A stretch of DNA of 64,000 nt. It comes from Candidatus Marinacidobacterales bacterium. GTDB lineage: Bacteria > Acidobacteriota > Vicinamibacteria > Marinacidobacterales > DATDRI01. The stretch spans positions 5,536,001 through 5,600,000 of the forward strand of contig CBDCNP010000002.1 of the NCBI GenBank assembly GCA_965219415.1, read 5' to 3'. The position numbers were made by a program, and so were the translations under genes. Positions 42,991 through 54,590 of the stretch are shown piece by piece (position 1 is the first letter of the stretch; the number at the start of each line of letters is the position of its first letter). The notes beneath the pieces were generated by a model, which was given only the letters and a program-made list of their open reading frames with translations, searched no databases and was not told the DNA's origin.

Positions 42991-45900
42991 ATGAGGTTTT
43001 TCTACGTTCGAATTCCTATTCTTTTCGCTGTGCTGCTGCTAATGGCAGCACCTCTGGTTTCGGCGCAAGGTATTACCGGTGTTATCGCCGGGACGGTCGC
43101 CGACCAAGGTGGTGCGGTGTTACCTGGTGCGAGTCTGACCGCCAGTAGCCCGGCGCTGGTTCGCGGCAGCGTCACGGTGACGACCGACGCCCAGGGCGCG
43201 TTTCGGATTCCGGGTGTTCAGGCCGGAACCTACCAGGCGATTGTGGGAGCTCTCCGGCTTCGCGACTGAGACGGTGACGGACATCATCGTCACGGTCGGT
43301 ACGACGGTCCGCGTGCAGGTCATCCTCCAACTCGCGGGAGTGGAGGAGACGATCACGGTCATGGCGGACTCGGCACCGGTGCGGGTCAAGGAATCCGGTC
43401 TCGGCGTTCCCATCGACAACACGACCATCGATTCGATTCCGCTCAAGGGCCGTGAGTTCATCGATCTCGTCGAGCTCGTACCGGGTGTGGCCAAGCGTCC
43501 CTCGGCTTCAGACCAGGGGACCTCGTTCACCGTTTTCGGAGAGCGGGCGATCTCGAATTCGTTTCTGATCGACGGCAACGACGCCAACGACCTCTGGACG
43601 CGTGAGGCGGCGGAGTTTTTCGTCCAGGACGCGATCCAAGAGTTCAAGGTCTATCTGGCGGGGTACCCGGCGGAGTACGGCCGGGCTTCTGGTGCGGTGA
43701 CGAACATCGTCACGCGCTCTGGAACGAACCAGGTCGACGCACGGGGCTTCTTCTTCATCCGTAACGATTCGCTGAACTCCTCGAACGTGGAGGGGCAAGA
43801 CCCTCAGGCGCTCGAGCGCATTGAGGTGGGCGGCACCTTGGGCGGTCCCATAAAGTCGGACAAGTCCTTCTTCTTCGATGCGTTTCAGTATGTGAAGGAA
43901 GACCGGGGGTCCAACTTGGACCAGTCGATCCTGACACCGATTCTGCTGTCCGGCTATTTCGCCCCTGCCACGGGGGGGGAGCCTCTGGACGCGGTCCCTC
44001 AGGAAAAGAGGATCACAAACCTCTTCAAGTTCGATCACCGGTTCAATGCCCAGAATCAACTGTTCGTGACCTGGAACCTGAACCGCCGTACGGATAGTGA
44101 CTTCCAACCGGCCGCCAGCGAATTGTTCGCCGGGCCGCCTCCCGGGACGATTACGCTTCCTTCGATCGCTTCGGACATCGACCGGAACACCAAAAGCATC
44201 AACGGACGCCACACCGCTTTTTTCAGCGATACCTCGTTCTTGGAATCCTCGCTCCGCTGGTGGAAGAGCGACTACAAGGAGAACACCGAAAAACCAGCCT
44301 CCGCCGAGTCGCTCGCTCCAATCTTATTCGTTCCCAACTTCCAGATATTCATTTCCAACGCTGGCATTGGCGTCGTCGATCGCGAACAACAGCGGTGGCA
44401 ATGGCAAGAGCATTTCTCCTATTTCGCGGACACCGAAGGGACGGGCACGCACGCCTTTAAGTTTGGACTGGATCTGGATCACGTGTCGATCGATCATTTC
44501 TTCAGTCCGCCCGATTTGATCATCATGGGCAACACCGCCCTCGAGAGCAACTTCGAAAGGCTTGGCTACGACATCAGCGTGCAGATAGGCGGTTCCGTCA
44601 TCGTGGACGGCCAGGGGCCGAACAACGACCGCGCCATCGGCAGCACGGACAATTGGGCGGCGTACGCTCAGGATTCGTGGGAGCCGAAACCTGGGATAAC
44701 GCTTAACCTCGGCGTGCGCTGGGATTACGCGAGCCTTTTCGGGAGCGGTGGCGTTGCGTGGCGGACGGGAATTGCATGGGACTTGAAGAACCAAGGAAGG
44801 ACCATACTCCGTGCCGGCTGGGGTCGCTTCTATGATGTGAGTATTGCCGAGGTGATCGCATTTACGCCGGAGTTGGGCGGGATCCAGTTCGCCGATCTGG
44901 GGGTGCAGAGCATTCCCCGGGGGGCTTCCTTCTACAACAATCCGGCACTAGGCGCGTTCGGGCCCTTGCAGGCGTCGAGCAGCCGGGTGCTCACGAACCC
45001 GTCGCTTTTCGAGCAAATCATGCCAGTTGGCTTTACGCTCACTTCACCGGGCACGTTCACCATCAAGCGCGATGGGGTGACCATGGAAGACTCGGTGATC
45101 AACGGACAGGGCAATCCCTACGTCATCTACGACCTTCTCGGCATCAAGGTCGACGATCCGACGCTTCCCCCAGTGCTGACTTACGACAGCATTCCCGAGC
45201 TCACCGGGGGGAGGCTCTCACCGGAAGAAGCGGTGGCCATTCTCAATGACGCCTTTCCCCACCCGTTCGGCCTAGGCGAGCAGTTCACGTTTCTCGATCA
45301 GAGAGGGGACGCCAGTATCGTCAACAACCGTCCGTTGGCGTTCTTGTTCCGGCAGCTCGACGTCGAGGTGACGCGCATCACGACGCTATCGGACGACCAT
45401 ACACTGCCATACACCGATGCCTTGAACTTCGGAGTCGAGCAGGCCCTCACCGACGACTTCACCATCGACGCCGAGGTTCACATCCGACGTTCGAAGAACC
45501 TTCTGTCGCGTCGGGTGGTGAACCTGCTCCCCGCGCCCATCGCGGGAAGCTGCACCCTGAACACAATCGATGGTCCCGGGCCTTGTCTCAGTGAGATCGA
45601 GAACCTCGGGTTCCTGGATACCAATGCTTTTACCCTCGCTTTGCAGAAGCGCTTCCGCCAGAACTACAACTTCTTGCTGAGCTATACGTTCACTGACGCG
45701 ACCGACAACTTCTCGACGTTGAGAGTTCCCCCGCGCGGAGCGGAGATCAGCTTTTTGTTCAACAACTTTCCGGAACGCGACATCGGCCGGAGCCTGAACG
45801 CGCCTGAGCACGTCATGGTCTTCAGCGGTCTCTATCGTCTGCCGGCTGGCTTCGACATTTCGGGTGTGTTGAACTACCAGTCGGGACGCCCGTTCAATGC

Positions 45901-46234
45901 GGCGGGGCTTCCGTTCGACACCGACGGCGACGACATCTTCGATAACCGTCTCATCGAAACCGAGAAGGGTCAGTTCCAAGGGCCTGACTTCTTCAACATC
46001 GATTTCCGGATCGCTTGGAATCTCCCGTTCGGTGAAGGGAACACCTTCACGGCATTGATCGAGTTCTTCAACCTGACGAATCGTGCGAACCCGTTCGTGT
46101 TGAACTCGACCTGTCAGGACTCGACCGGCGACAGCCTGCCCGACCCCGGCGGATGTGCTGGTGATGTCTTCGGCAGTACCGTCGAGCCCTTCCCGGGTCG
46201 CGAGATCCAGATCGGTTTCAAGGTCGACTTTTAA
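42991..46234 (+). CDS. TonB-dependent receptor with carboxypeptidase-regulatory-like N-domain; 1-bp frameshift near 43245
   Basis: Signal peptide, GTVADQGGAVLPGA, PAEYGRASG, AYAQDSW, LNLGVRWD, terminal F; AAGGAGG RBS. Confidence 0.88.
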
Positions 46235-46317
46235 CAGGCTAGGGAGGTTTAGGTAGTCTTACGTCTGAGAAAGGGGGGGAGCAAGCTCGCTCCTCCCGAA
46301 ATCAATCGCAGCTCCGA

Positions 46318-46356
46318 GGCCGGCTGCGGACTTAATCGCCGCGGCCGGTCTTTTTT
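46318..46356 (+). terminator. Rho-independent terminator after the TonB receptor gene
   Basis: GGCCGGCTGCGG-loop-CCGCGGCCGGTC followed by a T6 run. Confidence 0.7.
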
Positions 46357-46375
46357 CTTGTAAAGGCTCGTACCA

Positions 46376-47674
46376 TTGTCCCTGAAAGCGGAATCTTTCG
46401 GTGTCGACGCCGTTCCCGCCGCTCACCGCACCCGGGGTTGGTTCTCGCTTTTCGCTATGTATGCGGGAATCAACGTTTGCCTGCCTATGATGATGATGGG
46501 GGGAATTCTGCTCCCCGGCCTTTCCTTCAAGCAAGCGGTCCTGGTGGGTCTCATCGGAAATACCGTGGCCGCCGCGATCATTAGCTTGACTGGCTACCCC
46601 GGAGCGGATCATGGTCTGCCCGCGACGGTGCTCACCCGTTCATCCCTGGGGTTTCCTTCGGGAACTTGGATCGCATCGCTGGCGATCACGGTTTCCGGGG
46701 TCGGCTGGTTCGCGTTTCAGGCGGAGCTCGCAGGTTTGGCCGCGGACGGCGTGGTGGAGCGGATGACCGGCTTCTCTTCGCCGATTCTCATGATATCCGT
46801 CATGGGGGCGCTCAACGTGGTCATCGCGGTCATGGGCTTCGGCTGGATTCAAAGGCTGGCCACCTGGTCGGTGCCGGCTCTACTCGTTCTCTGCAGTCTC
46901 TTGTTCTGGAAGATCGTCTTGGATCATCCGTTCCGGGAGCTCATCAATCGGCCGGGCGACGGGAGCCTGACCCTTCTGGCCGGAATGAACATCATGGTGT
47001 CGGGCCAGTTCGCGGCCGCTTTCACTTCGTCCGATCTCTCTCGTTACTCGAAAGATCATCGATCGATATGGCTCGGGATTTGGTCCGGGATCGTGCCGGT
47101 CTCGGCCTTCATGATCGGCCTCGGCGCACTTTCTCGCCTGGTCAGCGGAGAGTGGAATCCGGTGTTGGGCGTTCAACAACTTGGTCTTGGAATACCGGCG
47201 CTGGTGCTCATCATCTTCGCGACTTGGACGACGAACGACAAGAACTTGTACTCGGGTGGGTTAGCTTTGACGAATGTTTTCCCCGGCCGCTCCCGTTGGC
47301 TTCACACCTTGATCCTGGGCACCCTGGGCACGGCGCTCGGCTGCGTGGGCGTGACGCGTTACCTAGCGGAATTCCTCGTAACCGTGGGGGCTATGTTTGC
47401 GCCCCTGGTGGGCGTCGTGATCGCGGATTATTTCTTGGTACGACGTCGGCTCCCCGCCATGCAGGATCTTTACAATAAGGATGGGCGTTATCGATACACC
47501 CGCGGGGTGAATCTGGCGGCCCTCGTTGCTCTGGCGGCGGGGGTGGTGGCTGGCCGTCTCGCGCCACCCGAGATGATCCAGCCTCTAGTGTCACTCTTCG
47601 TGACGATGGTGGCCTATATCGGTGCGATGAGGCTGCTCTACCCGCTCCAGTTTCATGAGGAGGCTTCCACATGA
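46376..47674 (+). CDS. Cytosine/purine permease (NCS1, CodB-like)
   Basis: Multi-TM; GWFAFQ, SDLSRY, TWTTNDKNLYS, GVVIADYF motifs. Confidence 0.88.
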   Translation: MSLKAESFGVDAVPAAHRTRGWFSLFAMYAGINVCLPMMMMGGILLPGLSFKQAVLVGLIGNTVAAAIISLTGYPGADHGLPATVLTRSSLGFPSGTWIASLAITVSGVGWFAFQAELAGLAADGVVERMTGFSSPILMISVMGALNVVIAVMGFGWIQRLATWSVPALLVLCSLLFWKIVLDHPFRELINRPGDGSLTLLAGMNIMVSGQFAAAFTSSDLSRYSKDHRSIWLGIWSGIVPVSAFMIGLGALSRLVSGEWNPVLGVQQLGLGIPALVLIIFATWTTNDKNLYSGGLALTNVFPGRSRWLHTLILGTLGTALGCVGVTRYLAEFLVTVGAMFAPLVGVVIADYFLVRRRLPAMQDLYNKDGRYRYTRGVNLAALVALAAGVVAGRLAPPEMIQPLVSLFVTMVAYIGAMRLLYPLQFHEEAST

Positions 47675-47963
47675 CCGTACTGACCAACGCACGGATCCTC
47701 GATGTTCGGGAGGGCGTCTTCAAGGAGGGATCGCTGACCCTCGGCGACGGCAAGATCGCTTCTATCGATCATGCGGCTGGTGCCGCAGGTGCCGCAAATG
47801 TTGGAGACGCGATCGATCTTGAAGGGGCCTACCTACTGCCCGGCATCATCACTTGTCATACCCATCTATCCATCGTCTTCCCTTTTCATGAAACGGACGA
47901 AAACGAGAGCCCGGCGATCACCGCGCTGCGGTGTCAGAAGAGGGCAAATGACGCACTCCAAGC
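47671..47963 (+). pseudogene. N-terminal fragment of an amidohydrolase, truncated by IS1
   Basis: LTNARILD, IDLEGAYLLPGIITCHTH; ATGA overlap with the permease. Confidence 0.85.
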
Positions 47964-49164
47964 GGTGCTTCCGCCATCAAGTGTTGCTACGCGGCTGCGG
48001 GCAGTGGTACAGGTGCGGAAGAGAGCGGGTTGCGCGCCCCAGTGAGCAGGAAAACCTCGATCCGCAACCACAAAGGAATCGTCGTCGCCAAGAAGATGTC
48101 TCGAAAGGTGAGCCGTCGCGTGGTGAGACCGGCTTGCATAGCCGGAGTTCGGATCTCACGTCCGAACTTCAGAGCTCCGTGCGGTCGGACGAAGTTGTAA
48201 TAGCAACGGAGCAACTCCAGGTGCTCATCGAGCCTCTCCGTCGAGCGAGCGTGGGAAAGTGTTCGTCTTGAAAGGTATGCCGAGCTTTGCCGGATGGTCA
48301 GATTCAACCGCTCGATGAACGAGGTGTTCAATGTCGAGGAGTCCTCGGAGTTATTGAGCGCGTCTTCGAATCGCCACGCGGCTCCGTGCAGCGCTCTCCG
48401 TTCGACCTTGATGATACGATCGTTCCTGCGCGTCTTGAGGACCTGGCCGTAAAGACACGCTGGACCGAAGAAGCGACGGGTTGACCTTCTGGTAGAATTC
48501 GAATCCATCCGTGACGATCAGGGGAAGACATCCGAAATTCATCCGCTTCGAAAGGTCGCGAAACAGAGCGTGAGTGTTCCGGTAGCTTCGCCTTCCCGTC
48601 ACCGTCGATGGCCAGAGCCGAGACCAGACTTCGATTGTAACGAAGACCCAACTCGGTGTCTTCTTGTTGCCCGCGAACGTGCGAATCTCGTCGGCTTGAA
48701 GCTCTTCGGCAGCGAAGCCAGCGATCCTTGTGTGGTTGAATCGACGACACACTTGGGCTGCCTTCTCGAGCCAGCGGGCGACGGTGTTCCAGGCAATCCC
48801 TTTGGTCCGGGAAATCGAGGAAATGCTGACACCCTCGACTCTGAGAGCGGTGACCCCATCGAAAGTAGCTCTTCGATGTTGGAGACGGTAGTAGGGCGTG
48901 CCTTTCGTCGAGGAGAACGTCTTTCCGCACTCGCCGCACCGGTATCGACGGAGTTTCCCGGACCTCGTTCTGTAGAATCCGTTGTGAATAATGCTTCTGG
49001 AACCGACTGTTCCATACGACGAACATGCGGGATTGAGGCATCTGCGATTCTTCACTTCGGCTCGGCCCTGACGATGAGAGAACTGTGTCTTCGGAATTCT
49101 GGTTCAAACTCTAGCACGCAGACCGGTTAGGGGCTGGCCGCCAACACTTAATTGCGGAAGCACC
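47964..49164 (-). mobile_element. IS1-family element, diverged copy with frameshift near 48480
   Basis: Same IRs as 41271-42469; transposase 47987-49055 split across frames. Confidence 0.9.
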
Positions 49165-49203
49165 GGTGAAAGACTGTGCGAGCCAATACAAGGCCGCAAG
49201 TGC

Positions 49204-49369
49204 GGTGCTTGCGCTGTTTACTGTTGGTAATGTGTACGCATCCCTTTGCAAAAAAGGCGCTTACGCTCCATTTAGCTCGCAGCGAAGGTCACGAGCGCTA
49301 TTTTGGCTGTAATTTGATGCACTGTAAAGTCTTAGCGTCATCTCACCAACACTTGATGGCGGAAGCACC
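49204..49369. mobile_element. 166-bp IS1-type MITE
   Basis: Near-identical to 5411-5576. Confidence 0.9.
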
Positions 49370-49572
49370 GCCAAAAGGTTCAAGAAAGTCGAGTCCGCCA
49401 CTGCGACAATCTTCAAACTGCTTCTGGTTGCGGAGAAGAATTTTCGCCGGCTCAACGCACCGGAGCTGATGCGAGAGGTTCACCTGGGCGTTCGATTTGA
49501 AGATGGAGACAGGGTAACGGAGTCGTCGAAGGTTGCTGCTGCCTGAACTTTTTTACACACCTATTGACAAGA
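49370..49572 (+). pseudogene. 3' end and right IR of another IS256-family element
   Basis: FKLLLVAEKNFRRLNAPELM; end TTTACACACCTATTGACAA. Confidence 0.7.
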
Positions 49573-49594
49573 GCTCTTCGCTCGCAACCTATTG

Positions 49595-49855
49595 TGTGCT
49601 TCGCAAAAACTCGATCCGTCGTTGATTCCGCAGTTTAGACCTGCCAGGATTGGCCGTTTCGTGGCGAACGGATGACGTGATCCGACGTCATTGTAACCGT
49701 GGAAAGGTGCAGTCTTGCGTCTGCTCTCGAATATTGTGCCCGCTTTCGTCAACGCCCTCGCGTTCGCTCGGAATCTTGTCCGTTCGCAGGGTGCCCTCGC
49801 CGCCGAGAATCTCTTTCTCCGTAAGCAGCTCACCTTTTTTGTCGAGCGTGAGCAG
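49595..49855 (+). repeat. C-type left end with first codons of its transposase
   Basis: TGTGCTTCGCAAAAA followed by VRSQGALAAENLFLRKQL. Confidence 0.75.
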
Positions 49856-49889
49856 ACGCCTGTGCCTTCTATTTATTCATCCGCGTGAT

Positions 49890-50035
49890 GGAGATCACGG
49901 ATATACTCATCCAGAACGTGCCCCTGGAGGACGTGCAGTATCTGGCCGGACACTCCAACCCCTCGGGCCACACAGATCTATGACCGGCGTAGACAGCACG
50001 TCACTCGCAACATCGTGGAGCGTGTCTCGATATGA
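49890..50035 (+). pseudogene. C-terminal fragment of a tyrosine recombinase
   Basis: VPLEDVQYLAGHS...TQIYDRRRQHVTRNIVERVSI (box II H and catalytic Y). Confidence 0.75.
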
Positions 50036-50589
50036 AAGAAGGACCAGGGAAGAGAGACATCCTTTCGAGGCCTGCTAGCAAGAAAGCCGCTGCACGGCCT
50101 CGTTCGGCTCCCCGCAATGAACCCAAGCCGGTGCCGGTTCCTCTGCCCGAAGGTGTCCGCCACCAGCGGGCGGGTAAAACGACGGAACGTTCCGCGCATC
50201 TCGAAAAACTCAAACAACTCTTCGAGGCGGCTCCGATCAGCCGCTACCTGGGCATGACACTCAGCTATTGCGAGAACGGCGTGGTGCGCGTGCGTTTGCC
50301 GTTTCGGGCCGAGTTCGAAGAAAGGCATGGCGTCATCCACGGGGGTCTCATCGGTCTGCTGGCGGACACGGCGGGCAACTTCGCGGTGGGTTCGGTCTCG
50401 CCGGGCTCCACGGTCAAGACGGTGGAGTTCAAGATGAGCTTGCTGGCGGGAGTCCAGGGAGACCTGCTCGCCATCGGAGAGGTCGTCCGCAAGGGACGCT
50501 CGCTCGCCACCTGCCGGCTCGAGGTCGTTGGGGGCAACGACCATGTGGTGGCCATCGGGCTGGCCACTTATGCCCTCCAGGCTGTTTAG
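50032..50589 (+). CDS. PaaI-family hotdog thioesterase
   Basis: GVIHGGLIGLLADTA, TVEFKMSLL, VVRKGRS; start uncertain. Confidence 0.85.
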   Translation: MKEGPGKRDILSRPASKKAAARPRSAPRNEPKPVPVPLPEGVRHQRAGKTTERSAHLEKLKQLFEAAPISRYLGMTLSYCENGVVRVRLPFRAEFEERHGVIHGGLIGLLADTAGNFAVGSVSPGSTVKTVEFKMSLLAGVQGDLLAIGEVVRKGRSLATCRLEVVGGNDHVVAIGLATYALQAV

Positions 50590-50653
50590 CCATCTGCACC
50601 TGCTTGTTGCAGTCCAGGCGGGTCTTGAGTTCGTTTGTGTTTTTGGACACGAC

Positions 50654-51094
50654 GCCTTATAGGCTCCGGGAGTCTCGTCGAGAACCCTCACGTCCTTGCG
50701 GCACTCGACCCCGGCTGTCGCCGCGGCGTGATCGTCTAGAGTGAAGCGCTTCTTGGCTTCGTTGCGGGACATGACGCGCCCGGCACCGTGACTGCACGAC
50801 TCGAAGCTCTCACGGTTTCCTTTCCCCCGGACGATATAGGAGCGCGCCCCCATGCTTCCGGGAATGATGCCCAGGTCGCCCCGCCCCGCCCAGCCCGCAC
50901 CGCACCCTTCCGCGTGACAAAAACCTCCGACCCGTAATGGTGCTCCTTCGCGACGTAGTTGTGGTGGCAATTGACGACTTCTTTCTTGAGCCGAAACGCG
51001 GGCACGAGGCCGGTATCGTGAACCGCCTCGACGATCGCCTCCATCATCAGTCGACGATTCGTCGCCGCGTAGCGCTGGGCCCAATCGATGGCGA
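50654..51094 (-). pseudogene. rtcB: Second-copy RtcB fragment bounded by a B end and an IS1 end
   Basis: Overlaps both other rtcB pieces, with substitutions. Confidence 0.9.
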
Positions 51095-51338
51095 GGTGCT
51101 TCCGCCATCAAGTGTTGCTACGCCGTGTTTGAATGCTAATGTCAGCTGGCCTGCCTGTGTCGGCGAACGCCATCAATAAGGATGTCGGCGTGCACACGAA
51201 GGTGTCCCTGAACGTCAGGCACCGTGTGGTCAGCCCAGCCCGCATCGCCGAAAGAACTGCGTCTCCAGAAATCAGGCTCAAACTCTAGCACACGAGCGGG
51301 TTACGCGGCAGCCACCAACACTTGATTGCGGAAGCACC
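51095..51338 (-). mobile_element. 244-bp internal-deletion derivative of a diverged IS1-family element
   Basis: Both IRs; retains AMRAGLTTRCLTFRD tail; same deletion junction at ~54884-54987. Confidence 0.8.
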
Positions 51339-51574
51339 GTTGACACGCACAAGTACGTGCAGGCGACGAGGGTGTGATCCGCAAAAGGAAGATCGCGTAT
51401 TGATGGGCTGTCCACCCTCTCCCAAAGGGAGAGGGATAAAGGATAGAAGCCAAGCGATTGCGCATCGACGCGCGTCATACCAAAATGCTAGGCCTTCTCC
51501 AAACGGGGCTCCTCTACCCCGGGAGCCCGCATCAGGTGATAGGCTTGGCAATCGAAATATGGAGGTCTAACCAT

Positions 51575-53206
51575 ATGCGCACAGTCGCCACCTTGGTCTG
51601 CCTATTGTTCGGCGTCATCGCCATCGCGTGTCAAGAATCATCCCAAGAGCCGCATTCCGATGCGATCAACGCCGAGTCCCTTATGAACCGAATCCAGCTC
51701 CTCTCCTCGGATGCGTTCGAGGGGCGGGCTCCCGGCTCGGCGGGTGAGGAAAAAACCGTCGAGTATCTCATCGAGAGCTTCCGCTCATTCGGACTAGCTT
51801 CCGGCAGTCCCGATGGAAGCTTCATCCAGCAAGTTCCGTTGGTGAGCTTGACGCCGACCACGCTCAATCCTGTTGTGGTGAAGAAGGGAACGGTCACGGC
51901 CGAGCTGGAGCCCAAAGTGGATATTGCGGCAAGTACTCAGCGCGTGGAAGAGCGTGTCGAAGCGGAAGGTGAGCTCGTCTTTGTGGGCTACGGCACCTTG
52001 GCTCCCGAATACGAGTGGGACGACTTCAAAGGCTTGGACGTCTGCGACAAAATCCTGCTCGTCTTGGTAAATGACCCACCCGGCGAGGACATCTTTGGTG
52101 GCAAGGCAATGACGTACTACGGTCGTTGGAGCTACAAGTTCGAGATCGCCGCTGAACTCGGCGCAGCAGGTGCCTTCGTAATCCACGAGACCGAGCCAGC
52201 CGGCTATCCCTGGGAAGTGATCGCCGACTCGGGTTCCGAGAATTTCGTCTTGGCCACAACCGGTGACACCGGAGACCTGCTTGCTGCAGAAGGGTGGATC
52301 CACGTCGATGCGACGCGTCAGGTCTTCGAGATGGCAGGGTTGAACTTCGACGAGATGAAGCAGGCGGCGACCGGTCGTTCCTTTGAGCCCGTCGCTCTTG
52401 GAGTCACCATGAGCGTGGCGCTTCAGAATTCGATCCGAAAGCTCGAGTCAGCCAACGTTGTGGCGAAGCTTCAGGGCTCGCTGTCGCCCGACGAATGGAT
52501 CATCTACGCCGCCCACTGGGATCACATGGGGATCGATCTCGAGCTAGCCGGGGACAACATCTATAACGGCGCCCTCGATAACGCCAGCGGAACGGCCGGC
52601 CTACTGGAGATTGCCCAAGCGTTCGGAAGGCTCGACCAAGCCCCGGCTCGGAGTCTCCTCTTTCTTGCGGTTACCGCAGAAGAACAGGGCCTCCTCGGCT
52701 CATTACACTATTCTCGCAATCCGCTTTATCCGCCCAAGGACACCGTCGCGGTCATCAACATGGACGGGCTCAACCTACTGGGGCCGACACAGGATATAAC
52801 CGTCGTGGGAATGGGGCAATCGGCGTTGGACGACCTCGCCACGAGGCTCGCTTCACAACAAGGCCGCATCTTGCGCGCGGACCCGGAGCCCGAAAAAGGC
52901 TACTACTATCGATCCGATCACTTCGAGTTCGCGAAGGTCGGCATTCCTGCTTTTTACCCTAACGCGGGCATCGAGTTTATCAACCAGCCGGAAGGTTGGG
53001 GTATCGAGATGCGGGAGAAGTACGTCAGCGAGGACTATCACAAGCCCTCGGACGAGGTGAAGGACTACTGGGATCTATCGGGGGCTGTAGAAGATCTGGA
53101 GCTCTTCTACCTCATGGGGTACGAGCTGGCCACCGGCACGGAGTGGCCGGAGTGGAGCGAGAAGAGCGAGTTCCGAGCGACCAGAGAAAAACAGCGCAGC
53201 CCCTAG
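51575..53206 (+). CDS. M28 family metallopeptidase with PA domain, lipoprotein
   Basis: IAIAC lipobox, EGRAPG, AHWDH, GALDNASG, AEEQGLLGS, NMD, RSDH, YHKPSD; GGAGG RBS. Confidence 0.92.
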   Translation: MRTVATLVCLLFGVIAIACQESSQEPHSDAINAESLMNRIQLLSSDAFEGRAPGSAGEEKTVEYLIESFRSFGLASGSPDGSFIQQVPLVSLTPTTLNPVVVKKGTVTAELEPKVDIAASTQRVEERVEAEGELVFVGYGTLAPEYEWDDFKGLDVCDKILLVLVNDPPGEDIFGGKAMTYYGRWSYKFEIAAELGAAGAFVIHETEPAGYPWEVIADSGSENFVLATTGDTGDLLAAEGWIHVDATRQVFEMAGLNFDEMKQAATGRSFEPVALGVTMSVALQNSIRKLESANVVAKLQGSLSPDEWIIYAAHWDHMGIDLELAGDNIYNGALDNASGTAGLLEIAQAFGRLDQAPARSLLFLAVTAEEQGLLGSLHYSRNPLYPPKDTVAVINMDGLNLLGPTQDITVVGMGQSALDDLATRLASQQGRILRADPEPEKGYYYRSDHFEFAKVGIPAFYPNAGIEFINQPEGWGIEMREKYVSEDYHKPSDEVKDYWDLSGAVEDLELFYLMGYELATGTEWPEWSEKSEFRATREKQRSP

Positions 53207-53450
53207 TGGGCATTGTCAAGTTTTTCACGGCCTGACGGCCACCCCGAATGAATGAAACGCGGTAGTCTCTGGAGGTGGCACCGGCTCAGAGGTCGGCTCA
53301 ACGTTGGTGCGACTGAGCCCGTTGTCAAGTTTGGCTGGGAGTCCTGCGCGTACCCCCGATTGCGTTTTCTATCCAGCTGGGATTGTTGAGCGCGTCTATT
53401 AGATTACAAGTTCGTGGGCTCCACGCCGGTGCGACGTGAAGGAGGCTGCG

Positions 53451-54001
53451 ATGAGAGTGGTTCATAAGCGATGCGCCGGATTGGACGTCCACCAGAAATC
53501 GATTACGGCTTGCGTGCGGGTTGCGTCGAAGCGGAAGGTGGTGCGCGAGACGCGTGTGTTCGGTACAGCCACGAGCGAATTGCTGGAAATGGCAGATTGG
53601 CTGGGGCAGAGCGGTTACACGATTGTAGCGATGGAAGTGACCGGAGTGTATTGGAAGCCGGTGTGGCATGTGCTCGAAGGTCATTTCGAGTTGGTGTTGG
53701 CACAACCGGCCCACGTCAAGAACATGCCGGGTCGTAAGAGCGATATCAGTAATGCCTTCTGGATAGCGGATCTGCTTGCCCATGGTCTCATTCGTGCTAG
53801 CTTCGTTCCGCCAACACCGATCCAGGAACTGCGAGAGCTGACCCGAACGCGAAAGCAGTTCCTTCGAGAAATCGCTCGAGAGACCCAACGGATTCAAAAG
53901 ACGTTGGAAGATGCGAACATCAAATTGACGAGCGTGATGAGCAGCATTTTAGGAGTAAGCGGGCGAGCGATTATCCGAGGGATTATTGCGGGAGAAAGCG
54001 A
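53451..54001 (+). pseudogene. IS110-family recombinase, truncated by an A/B MITE
   Basis: CAGLDVHQK, AMEVTGVYWKP, GRKSD RuvC-like DEDD N-terminus; AAGGAGG RBS. Confidence 0.9.
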
Positions 54002-54127
54002 CCCCGTCCTGTGCCAAAACTCGGCTCTTTTGAAAGAAACCACAAATCAGCAGCTTAGTGTCTGTGTTTGCGACCGGGCCAAGGCGGCGCAAGGGTCTTG
54101 GGTTCGTTTGTGTTTTTGGACACGACG
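54002..54127. mobile_element. ~125-bp hybrid MITE (A end + B end)
   Basis: CCCCGTCCTGTGCCAAAA ... TTTTTGGACACGACG. Confidence 0.85.
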
Positions 54128-54135
54128 TGTTCTGA

Positions 54136-54590
54136 CTAATGCTCGAGTGTTTTGAGCATCGCTTCCCACTCGGCCTCAAGCTCGAAGAAGCCTTGCCCGA
54201 ACGCAGAGCGGGCAGCAGCATCAATGCCGACTTTCTCTGCCCGCTGAAGGAAACGCCACAGACGCTGCATCCCCTGCCTCTCGAAGAGGTATTGGACGAA
54301 AGAGCTGAACAATTGGAACTGGATCTCATCGGTAGCGCGTTTGGAGGCCTGACGGAGATGGGTCAGCGCAGTGGCAGCTCTCTGATGGAGAGAGGCAATG
54401 GATCGGTTCGAGAACCAGATGAAGGTGGTGAGACCTCCGCGGAGCCATTTCATATTCACTGGGAAACCCTGCGGTCCGCCGAGTACCGGTCCGAGCTCGC
54501 CTATCGAAACAGAAGGGGCGTTTTTCACCGGTCCATCTCCTTTGTCTGTCAAACAGATCCCTCGGAAACTCCGACATCTATTAGTGCAAT
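54136..54590 (-). pseudogene. Fragment of a peptidase MA-like / hypothetical protein
   Basis: SSFVQYLFERQG...AFGQGFFELEAEW pattern; frameshifted. Confidence 0.4.

Noticed and set aside
49978-51111. 377-aa minus-strand ORF with rtcB motifs (also 22609-23472)
   Set aside because: Chimeric read-through across an IS end, an rtcB fragment and the antisense of other genes.
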